A stretch of 64,000 nt of DNA, taken from NCBI RefSeq assembly GCF_006345805.1, contig NC_043022.1:3534001-3598000 (forward strand), written 5' to 3'. Below, in pieces: positions 50,707-62,038 of this stretch. The first letter of the stretch is position 1; each line of letters opens with the position of its first letter. The notes under the pieces were generated by a model, which saw only the letters and a program-made list of their open reading frames with translations, was not told where the DNA came from and did no database searches. The DNA is from Octopus sinensis (Eukaryota). The position numbers and the translations under genes are program-made.

Positions 50707-52768
50707 TATCTATCTATCCGCTCAGTCGAAGTCGACTCTCGGTCACTCGATGGATCAGTGTCCTCCAATCAGTTCTATCCTGGGCCACTTCTTTCAGATT
50801 GGCTATGTCCATTCCAGTATCACTCTTGATGGTGTCAAGCCAGCGGGTTCTTGATCGGCCTCTTCCTCTCTTGCCACTGACCATTCCGTATATATATATA
50901 TCTATCTATCCGCTCAGTCGAAGTCGACTCTCGGTTACTCATTGGATCAGTGTCCTCCAGTCAGTTCTATCCTGGGCCGCTTCTTTCAGATTGGCTATGT
51001 CCATTCCAGTATCACTCTTGATGGTGTCAAGCCAGCGGGTTCTTGGTCGGCCTCTTCCTCTCTTGCCACTGACCATTCCGTATATATATATATCTATCTA
51101 TCCGCTCAGTCGAAGTCGACTCTCGGTTACTCATTGGATCAGTGTCCTCCAGTCAGTTCTATCCTGGGCCGCTTCTTTCAGATTGGCTATGTCCATTCCA
51201 GTATCACTCTTGATGGTGTCAAGCCAGCGGGTTCTTGATCGGCCTCTTCCTCTCTGCCACTGACCATTCCGTATATATAATATCTATCTATCCGCTCAGT
51301 CGAAGTCGACTCTCGGTTACTCGTTCGATCAGTGTCCTCCAGTCAGTTCTATCCTGGGCCGCTTCTTTCAGATTGGCTATGTCCATTCCGGTATCACTCT
51401 TGATGGTGTCAAGCCAGCGGGTTCTTGGTCGGCCTCTTCCTCTCTTGCCACTGACCATTCCGTATATATATATATCTATCTATCCGCTCAGTCGAAGTCG
51501 ACTCTCGGTTACTCATTGGATCAGTGTCCTCCAGTCAGTTCTATCCTGGGCCGCTTCTTTCAGATTGGCTATGTCCATTCCGGTATCACTCTTGATGGTG
51601 TCAAGCCAGCGGGTTCTTGATCGGCCTCTCCTCTCTTGCCACTGACCATTCCGTATATATATATATCTATCTATCCGCTCAGTCGAAGTCGACTCTCGGT
51701 TACTCATTGATCAGTGTCCTCCAGTCAGTTCTATCCTGGGCCGCTTCTTTCAGATTGGCTATGTCCATTCCAGTATCACTCTTGATGGTGTCAAGCCAGC
51801 GGTTCTTGGTCGGCCTCTTCCTCTCTTGCCACTGACCATTCCGTATATATATATATCTATCTATCCGCTCAGTCGAAGTCGACTCTCGGTTACTCGTTCG
51901 ATCAGTGTCCTCCAGTCAGTTCTATCCTGGGCCGCTTCTTTCAGATTGGCTATGTCCATTCCGGTATCACTCTTGATGGTGTCAAGCCAGCGGGTTCTTG
52001 GTCGGCCTCTTCCTCTCTTGCCACTGACCATTCCGTAATATATATATATCTATCTATCCGCTCAGTCGAAGTCGACTCTCGGTACTCATTGGATCAGTGT
52101 CCTCCAGTCAGTTCTATCCTGGGCCGCTTCTTTCAGATTGGCTATGTCCATTCCGGTATCACTCTTGATGGTGTCAAGCCAGCGGGTTCTTGGTCGGCCT
52201 CTTCCTCTCTTGCCACTGACCATTCCGTTATATATATATCTATCTATCCGCTCAGTCGAAGTCGACTCTCGGTTAATCATTGGATCAGTGTCCTCCAGTC
52301 AGTTCTATCCTGGGCCGCTTCTTTCAGATTGGCTATGTCCATTCCGGTATCACTCTTGATGGTGTCAAGCCAGCGGGTTCTTGGTCGGCCTCTTCCTCTC
52401 TTGCCACTGACCATTCCGTATATATATATATCTATCTATCCGCTCAGTCGAAGTCGACTCTCGGTTACTCATTGGATCAGTGTCCTCCAGTCAGTTCTAT
52501 CCTGGGCCGCTTCTTTCAGATTGGCTATGTCCATTCCGGTATCACTCTTGATGGTGTCAAGCCAGCGGGTTCTTGGTCGGCCTCTTCCTCTCTTGCCACT
52601 GACCATTCCGTATATATATATATATATCTATCCGCTCAGTCGAAGTCGACTCTCGGTTACTCATTGGATCAGTGTCCTCCAGTCAGTTCTATCCTGGGCC
52701 GCTTCTTTCAGATTGGCTATGTCCATTCCGGTATCACCCTTGATGGTGTCAAGCCAGCAGGTTCTGGT
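50707..52768 (-). repeat. Tandem array, 11 copies of a ~190-192-bp unit derived from the 3' end of a different RTE/BovB-like LINE
   Basis: Each unit translates on minus as GMVSGKRGRGRPRTRWLDTIKSDTGMDIANLKEAAQDRTDWRTLIQ* and ends in (TAGA)n then (TA)n. tatctatccgctcag occurs 11 times. Confidence 0.93.
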
Positions 52769-54328
52769 CGAATATGTAAAATAAATAAAACAAACGACTT
52801 TATCTGTAGAAGCTATACCAAAGCATACACTGCAGTAAGCAGTCCTCTGACTAACCAGATCTTGTCAAACTGTCCATCTCATCCCAGCATGGAAGACAGA
52901 TATTAAAAGTTGATGGTGAAAAATTTCTGCCATCAGGTTATCATAACCCATCAGATTACTCTGTCGAATGTAATCCTTATTTATTCACATTGTTTTCGCT
53001 TAATCGTGGATTATCTCATAGCTTTGAGCTTTCTATGATGGGATTGTTCTATTCCTAGTATGACATTTGTAGGGTAAGTGTGAAGGGCTGGTTTGAACAA
53101 AAAGGGTTAAGGCAACCTGATTGCAGATATTGGTGCCCTGTGAAAGGCACTGGTATTGGTGCCATATAAAATATACTGATGCTGGTGCCACATAAAAAGC
53201 ACTGGTAAAACATTGTGACTGGATAGGGCTGGTTTAAATGCTAAAGGGTTAAGGGGCAGGGAGAATGACTAAAGCCAAATCTACCTAAACCAGTTCATTT
53301 ATCCCTTCATTAACTCCCCTAAAATTATAAGGGATTTAAATTCAAGGCAAAAATGACATGTTTTCAAGAAATAACAAGGTAAGTTTGATTAGTTCCAATG
53401 TTTCCAACATCAGAAATGACCAGAATGGCTTGGGAAAATAGAACAGGGGTAAGCAGCTGGATTAGAGTAGAGAAAGGCCCAGGTTTGGGTCTGAATTAAC
53501 AACTAACCCTCTTTTCAGATATTTTATTCTTTACTTGTTCCAGTCATTAGACTGTGGCCATGCTGGGGCACAGCCTTGAAGAATTTTCTTTAGTTAAACT
53601 GGCCCCAATGCTTATTTCTTCTAAGCCTGGTACTTATTTTATAAACCATACTACATGCACACACACACAAATAGGCGCAGGAGTGGCTGTGTGGTAAGTA
53701 GCTTCCTAACCAACCACATGGTTCCGGGTTCAGTCCCACTGCATGGCATCTTGGGCAAGTGTCTTCTGCTATAGCCCCGGGCCGACCAATGCCTTGTGAG
53801 TGGATTTGGTAGACGGAAACTGAAAGAAGCCCGTCGTATATATGTATATATATATGCGTGCGTGTGTTTGTGTGTCTGTGTTTGTCCCCCCTAGCATTGC
53901 TTGACAACCGATGCTGGTGTGTTTATGTCCCCGTTACTTAGCGGTTCGGCAAAAGAGACCGATAGAATAAGTACTGGGTTTACAAAAAGAATAAGTCCCG
54001 GGGTCGAGTTGCTCGATTAAAGGCGGTGCTCCAGCATGGCCGCAGTCAAATGACTGAAACAAGTAAAAGAGTAAAAGAGTATATACACATACATACATGT
54101 ACACTCACGTGTACTCACATACACACGTATACATACATATATATACATGCATACACACATATAGACATATACGTGTACACATACACATGCACACAACAGA
54201 AAATAGTTCACTGATTAATAAACATTGCCCTCAACATGATGGAAACATGGGAAAGGTCCTCCATACACTTTACTATTTACTACATGGGGAAGAAAGCAAA
54301 AAAAATTTAAAAAACTCCTCTTCTATGT

Positions 54329-55183
54329 GTGGAAGCACTCCGTCGGTTACGACGACGAGGGTTCCGGTTGATCCGAATCAACGGAACAGCCTGCTCGTGA
54401 AATTAACGTGTAAGTGGCTGAGCACTCCACAGACACGTGCACCCATAACGTAGTTCTCGGGGATATTCAGCGTGACACAGAGAGTGACAAGGCCGGCCCT
54501 TGAAATACAGGTACAACAGAACAGAAGTAAGAGTGAGAGAGAGTTGTGGTGAAAGAGTACAGCAGGGATCACACCATCCCCTGCCGGAACCTCGTGGAAC
54601 TTTTAGGTGTTTTCGCTCAATAACACTCACAACGCCGGTCTGGGAATCGAAACCACGATCCTATGACTGCGAGTCTGCTGCACTAACCACTGGGCCATGC
54701 GCCTCCACATATATATATATAGGCTGGCCCCTTGAAATACAGGTACAACAGAAACAGGAGTAAGAGTGAGAGAAAGTTGTGGTAAGAGTACAGCAGGGAT
54801 CACCACCATCCCCTGCCGGAGCCTCGTGGAACTTTTAGGTGTTTTCGCTCAATAAACACTCACAACGCCCGGTCTGGGAATCGAAACCGCGATTCTATGA
54901 CCGCGAGTCTGCTGCCCTAACCACTGGGCCATTGCGCCTCCACATATATATATATATAGGCTGGCCCCTTGAAATACAGGTACAACAGAAACAGGAAGTA
55001 AGAGTGAGAGAAAGTTGTGGTGAAAGAGTACAGCAGGGATCACCACCATCCCCTGCCGGAGCCTCGTGGAACTTTTAGGTGTTTTCGCTCAATAAACACT
55101 CACAACGCCCGGTCTGGGAATCGAAACCGCGATCTTATGACCGCGAGTTCGCTGCCCTAACCACTGGGCCATTGCGCCTCCAC
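54329..55183 (-). mobile_element. Third tRNA-SINE family as a trimer (235/240-bp period, three heads, one full 3' tail), 10-bp TSD
   Basis: Head gtggaggcgcaatggcccagtggttagggcagcg...ggtttcgattccc (A and B boxes). TSD tcttctatgt at 54319-54328 and 55185-55194. Confidence 0.9.
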
Positions 55184-57301
55184 TTCTTCTATGTAAAGAG
55201 GAAATCATTACGATTGTAGCAGCTTATGCAAGTTGGTGGCCATCAGAGATATTTATCAGGCAAAAAACTACTGCAAGGCTGGCGAAACTGATCGATCAGT
55301 CCATGTAAGAAAGAATGAAGAGAAAACAGCAGAATTAAACAATGTTGCAAGCTAATGCACTTGGAGGTTTCAGTGAGTTAGTTGCTAATCATAGCAGTAT
55401 GTGTGTAGAAAGATTCAGTGGAGGGTCCCACACTGCATTTTATTTACTCTTTTACACGCTTCAGTTCATTTGACTGTGGCCATGCTGGAGCACTGCCTTT
55501 AGTCGAACAAAATTAACCCCAGGACTAAGAATAACCTCACAGCCATGCCTGTGCCCATATGAGGGGATTGTTTTATTCCTAGTATGACATTTGTAGGGTA
55601 AGTGTGAAGGGCTGGTTTGAACAAAAAGGGTTAAGGCAACCTGATTGCAGAAATTGGTGCCATGTGAAAGGCACTGGTATTGGTGCCATATAAAAAGCAC
55701 TGGTAAAACATTGTGACTGGATATGGCTGGTTTAAATGCTAAAGGGTCAAGGGGCAGGGAGAATGACTAAAGCCAAATCTACCTAAACCAGTTCATTTAT
55801 CCCTTCATTAACTCCCCTAAAATTGTAAAGGATTTAAATTCAAGGCATTGTGTCATTAAGCAAGGTATTTCATTTCACATTGCTCCAGTCTGACAAAACT
55901 GAAATGAGTATCAACAGTTGCTGGGAGTTAACCATGAAGTGGGCTGGTGTCCCATCCAGGTGGTTAGTCTTGTAAGCTTTAGAAACTGGGATGATTCCCA
56001 GTGGAATGAGCCTATAGGTTCCAGACAGACTTTAGATACTCTGTTCTTTTACTTGTTTCAGTCATTTGACTGTGGCCATGCCGGAGCACTGCCTTTAGTC
56101 GAGCAAATCGACACCAGGACTTATTCTTTCGGTTTCTTTTGCTGAACTGCTAAGTTTCGGGGACGTAAACACACCGACGTCAGTTGTTAAGCAATGGTGG
56201 GGGGACAAACAGACAAAAAGACACACAGACATAAATATATATAACCAGCTCACTCAAAAGTACCTTGGATCGTAGAGCAACATGCCATGTTTGAAGAAAC
56301 CTGTTGAGTTAATCATCATCATCATTAAGTACAACAAAACCAAAATCAAATGGAAATTGTAGTTGTGACCCCTGTGCTGGTGGCGCGTAAAAAGCACCAA
56401 CTGATTGTGGTCGTTGCCAGCCCCTCTGGCCCCTGTGCCAGTGGCACATAAAAAAAGCACCCACTACACTCTCGGAGTGGTTAGCATTAGGAAAGCTGGC
56501 AACGGCCACGATCGGTTGGTGTTTTTTACGTGCCACCGGCACGGATGCTAGTATATATATATATATATATATAATATATATTATATATATATATATATAT
56601 ATAATATATATTATATATATATATAGGCGCAAGAGTGGCTGTGTGGTAAGTTTCATTGGCTGACGGATTGACCTCTCAAAGTCCTTTCAGCTTGTATCCC
56701 TTGGGCTGACCAATTGACATGGGCGTCCCAGGAGAGTTAATAATGACAAATTTATTTTACTAAATTACTCTATCTCTCGGTTCTGTCATTTAACTGTGGC
56801 CATGCTGGAGCACCACCTTTAGTTGAACAAATCGACCCCAACCCCGCCAGACTTATTCTTTGTAAACCTAGTACTTGTTGTCTTTCTCTTTTGCTGAACT
56901 GCTAAGTTACAGGGGATATAAACGCACCACCGTTGGTTGTCAAGTGATGGAGGGGGTACAAACACAGGCACACATACACACAAATATATACATACATACA
57001 TATACATTATATATATATAAATAAAAAAGGCAGGCATCAGGTTGCTTAGCCACATACCGAAAAAATTAGAAATAGCAGTCAAAGACTGCTTATTTCTATT
57101 TTCTACAAAAAAGACTCCACATGACATATCCCTGTATTTATATACAAAATATATATTGAACTTTTAAAGAAGTTCCTACCGTTAATGGTTATATTTACAT
57201 GCCAAAATCTACCAGTAAATAATTGTTAGTTTTTTAAAAACCATTAAAGATATTGTTTACTCTTATTATATTACTATATATATATATATATATATACATA
57301 C

Positions 57302-57600
57302 GTGGAGGTGCAATGGCCCAGTGGTTAGGGCAGCGGACTCGCGGTCATAGGATCACGGTTTCGATTCCTAGACTAGGCATTGTGAGTGTTTATTGAGAGA
57401 AAACACCTAAAGCTCCATGAGGCTCTGGCAATCCCTGCTGTACTCTTTCGCCGCAACTTTCTCTCACTCTTTCTTCTATTGGCCTGCTCGCTTAGCCAGC
57501 GGGGTGGCATCATTTAAAAGGCTAAAACAATGCGAAACGCATTGTGACCAGCGATGTGTAGCAACATCTGATAGTCTGGTCGGTTACAGTGATACAGTGA
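57302..57600 (+). mobile_element. Third-family SINE with alternative 3' tail, next to a (TA)n run
   Basis: Same head and body as the trimer, followed by ggcctgctcgcttagccagcgggg...gcattgtgaccagcgatgtg. Another copy at 58981-59183 sits inside the TA/TG linker of a CORE SINE. Confidence 0.85.
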
Positions 57601-59637
57601 CATACACATATATATATGGTGGGCTTCTTTCAGTTTCCGTCTGCCAAATCCACTCACTAGGCTTTGGTCGGCCCGAGGCTATAGAAGACACTTGACCAAG
57701 GTGCCACATAGTGGGACTAAACCAGGAACCATGTGGTTGGAAAGCAAGCCATGCCTGTGCCTTCATTATCATTTCAAAACTAACCGAAACAATGGTAATA
57801 TATTTCAACCAAAATATGGTAACAAGAGAATTAAAGTGATCTAAAGTCTTGCATCAGAATTTTGTGTTAATTTATGTCCCAAACACCGATTTGATAATGA
57901 CAAACTTATTTCGTTAAATTCTTCATTAGTGTTAAAAACAAAAGACAGGATATTTCAACTGAGATATGGTGACTGAAAAGATCAGAGTGATCTGAATTAA
58001 AATCTATCAAAATTCCAAGTAAATTTATGTTCCAGACAGCAGTTTAATTAATATCAAATTATTTTGCTAAATTCTTCATTACTTTCAAAATTAATTTAAA
58101 CAAAGGCAGTGTATTTCAAAAGAAATATTGTAACAAAAGAGTTAAAGTGATCTCAATAGGAACAGGAGTGGCTGTGTAGTAAGTAGCTTGTTTATCAACC
58201 ACATGGTTCCGGGTTCAGTCCCACTGCGTGGTACCTTGGGCAAGTGTCTTCTACTATAGCCTCGGGCCGACCAAAGCCTTGTGAGTGGATTTGGTAGACG
58301 GAAACTGAAAGAAGCCTGTCATGTATATATATATATACGTATATGTATGTGTGTGTTTGTGTGTCTGTGTTTGTCCCCCTAGCATTGCTTGACAACCGAT
58401 GTTGGTGTGTTTATGTCCCCGTTACTTAGCGGTTCGGCAAAAGAGACCGATAGAATAAGTACTGGGCTTACAAAGAATAAGTCCTGGGGTCGATTTGCTA
58501 GATTAAAGGCGGTGCTCCAGCATGGCCGCAGTCAAATGACTGAAACAAGTAAAAGAGTAAAGAGTAATTAAAACCTTCCATCAAAATTTCAGGTTAATTT
58601 ACATTCCAAACACCAGATTAATAATTAATGAAGTTATCTCACTGAATGCTTCGTTATTTGCCCAAATTAATTGAAACAAAGGCGGCATATTTTCAACAGA
58701 AAAATGGTAACAAAAGAGTGGAACATATGACCTTTGGAGAAGCAATGATGAGAGGAACAAATGTCAAGAAGATCCAAAAGTTTGGTCCGTTCTTCAACTA
58801 TAGGCGCAGGAGTGGCTGTGTGGTAAGTAGCTTGCTAACCAACCACATGGTTCCGGGTTCAGTCCCACTGCGTGGCACCTTGGGCAAGTGTCTTCTGCTA
58901 TAGCGCTGGGCTGACCAATGCCTTGTGAGTGGATTTGGTAGACGGAAACTGAAAGAAGCCTGTCGTATATATATGTGTGTGTGGAGGCGCAATGGTCCAG
59001 TGGTTAGGCAGCGGACTCGCGGTCGTAGGATCGCGGTTTCGATTCCCAGACCGGGCGTTGTGAGTGTTTACTGAGCGAAAACACCTAAAAGCTCCACAAG
59101 GCTCCGGCAGGGGGTGGTGATCCCTGCTGTACTCTTTCACCACTCTTTCTTCTGTTGGCCTGCTCGCTTAGCCGGCTCACGTGATATATATATATATATA
59201 TGTATGTGTGTGTATGTGTTTGTGTGTCTGTGTTTGTCCCCCTAGCATTGCTTGACAACTGATGCTGGTATGTTTACGTCCCCGTCACTTAGCAGTTTGG
59301 CAAAAGAGACCGATAGAATAAAAATACTGGGCTTACAAAGAATAAGTCCTGGGGTCGATTTGCTCGACTAAAGGCGGTGCTCCAGCATGGCTGCAGTCAA
59401 ATGACTGAAACAAGTAAAAGAGTAAAGAGTATAGCCTCGGCCCAACCAAAGCCTTGTGAATGGATTTGGTAGATGGAAACTGAAAGAAGCCCATCATCTA
59501 TATATATAAACACACACACACACACACAATGGGCTGTTGATGTTGTCAGAAAAGAACAATATCATTGTTAGTGGCATAAAATTATGATTTTTTGGACAAT
59601 AACTGATGAGAATAGATCATGTCCCATGTCTTATGTA

Positions 59638-60090
59638 TGTAGAGACTTCAAACTTGAAATCTTCAAAGCCACAGTCGAACCAATTCTACTGGATGGCTCA
59701 GAAACCTGGACGTTATCAAAGAAGCTTGAGAGGCAGTTGGATGGAACCTACACTCGCCTCCTTATGAGAGATCAAAATCTCTCGTGGAAGCGCCAACCAA
59801 CCAAAATGCAAATATATGGGAAACTACCACCTGTGTCATCTCTTGTGAAAGGTAGGAGAGTCCAGTTTGCTGGACATTGTTGTAGAGCTGAAAAAGGGGT
59901 AATTTCTACTCTCCTCCTCTGGAAGCCATCTACTCGCAATACCAGAGGGCGCACACTCTCCTACCCTGATGTAATCTCCAGGGATACAGGCATCCAGCAA
60001 CAGGACCTCCGTAATGCTATGATGGACCGTGAAGTCTGGCGTAGCATGGTAAATTCCATTGTCTCAACCACAGTCGAACAATGATGATGA
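59638..60090 (+). mobile_element. Second 5'-truncated copy of the same RTE-clade LINE
   Basis: Highly similar to 14136-14590 (RDFKLEIFKATVEPILL...SIVSTTVEQ*), same tail. Confidence 0.88.
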
Positions 60091-61806
60091 TGTATGAATT
60101 TTCTGTTAGTTCCTTAGTAATGCTTCTGTTTCTGAAATTGTGTGCCTTCCCACCAACCTCACCACTTGACAACCAGTGTTGCTTTGTTTACAGCCCCCTA
60201 ACTTAGTTTCTGCAAAAGAGACTGATATAATAAGTAGCAGGCTTTACTGGGGTTGATTTGTTCAACTGAAATTCTTTGAGTCAGTGCTCCAGCATGGCTG
60301 CAGTCTGATGATTGGCAGAAATAAAAGGTAAAAAAGTGCAAATAGTTTTGATAATTAGGACAACAACAACAAAATTTTCTTTTGTCCATTAACAAGACGC
60401 CCACCAGACTTGTTTTCATCATAGCTGGAAACAGGCAGCTACTATGGTAAACTTAGTAGGCAGGTACTGTGTAAGTACCAAGGGATGTACTTTTAAATAA
60501 GTCCTCATTAGTTTAAGGGGACACCAGGAGCAACAAGAGGCTTTTATTTCAAAGCCATACAACATCAGCTCTAGCATGTGATCTGTTTAGCTAACTGGGT
60601 TTAAACCTTTTGTAGGTCAGTTGTAACTAGGTCAGTTTACAACCTGACACAGCCTACATGGGCTTGAGGTCATTTTAGTACAGAATCTACACTCAGGTGT
60701 AAAGGGAGCAGAAACATTCAGAGCCCATCAGTTCAGCCATTATGGCCCCCATTACCCTAACGCACAGTCTTCAACGCATGTAATTAAATCTGTGAAAAAG
60801 GTTAGTGTTTCGGCTCTTTTATTTAATTATATCTTTTATCTTTTACTTGTTTCAGTCATTCGACTGCGGCCATTCTGGAGCACTGCACTGAGGAATTTTA
60901 GTTGACATGAAATGAATTGAAACCAGCTTTTCTTTTATTCTTTTGCTTGTCCAGTCATTTGACTGTGGCCATGCTGGAGCACTGCAATCCACCCCAAGAC
61001 TTATTCTTTGTAAGCCTAGAACCTATTATTCTTTTGCTGAACTGCTAAGTTACCAGGACACACTAACATTAGCTGTCACGTGATGGTGGGGGGACAAAAA
61101 CAGACACACAAATATATATATATATACACATATGACGGGCTTCTTTCAGTTTCCATCTACCAAATCCACTCACGTGGCTTTGATTGGCCTGAGACTATAG
61201 TAAAAGACACTTGCCCAAGGTGCCATGCAATGAGACTGAACCTGGAACCATGTGGTTGGGAAGCAGGCTTCTTACCACACAGCCACCCCTGCACCTATAT
61301 ATTTTTTTGTTTTTTTAAGCCCGGTACTTATTCTACCAGTTGCTCTTGCCAAACTGCTAAGTTACAGGGACAGAAACACACCAACACCAGTTGTCAAGTG
61401 GTTGTGACACATGCACACACACAATTCTCATCATCATCATCATTTAATGTCTGTTTCCCATGCTGGTATGGGTTGGACGGCTTGACTGGAATTGGTAAGG
61501 GTAGGGGCCGTACTGGGTTCCATAGTCTGTTTTGGCCGGGTCTCTACGGCTGGATGCCCTTCCTAACCCCAACCACTCCACAGAATGTACAGGGTGCTTT
61601 ATAGGTGGCACCAGGCACCATACACAGGCGGGGCTGTGTGATAAGAAGCTTGCTTCCCAACCACACAGCCACTCCTGTTGTCTATGTATATATATATGTA
61701 TGTGTGTGTATGTGTGTGTGTGGTGTGTGTGTGTGTGTATGTGTGTGTGTGTGTGTGTCTGTGTTTGTCTCATCGCCATTTGACAACTGGTATTTGTGTA
61801 TTTACA

Positions 61807-62038
61807 AGGCGGTGAGCTGGCAGAATCATTAGCACATTGGGCGAAATGCTTAGCGGTATTTCGGCTGCCGTTACGTTGTGAGTTCAAATTCCGCCGAGGT
61901 CGACTTTGCCTTTCATCCTTTCGGGGTCGATAAATTAAGCATCAGTTACACACTGGGGTCGATATAATCGACTTAATACCTATGTCTGTCTTTGTTGGTC
62001 CCCTCTGTGTTTAGCCCCTTGTGGGTAATAAAGAAATA
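61807..62038 (+). mobile_element. Second-family SINE nested in a CORE-type SINE, 18-bp TSD
   Basis: TSD ggtatttgtgtatttaca at 61789-61806 and 62039-62056. Confidence 0.9.

Noticed and set aside
50799-52906. Plus-strand ORFs of 98-231 aa
   Set aside because: Antisense readings of the RTE-derived tandem unit.
55100-55183. tRNA gene
   Set aside because: A/B boxes are present, but the sequence continues into a SINE body, is repeated and lacks a complete acceptor stem. It is a tRNA-derived SINE head.
548-58992. Recurrent MSSNARG.., MLGGQT.. and MLQHGRSQ.. ORFs
   Set aside because: All are translations of CORE-SINE copies.
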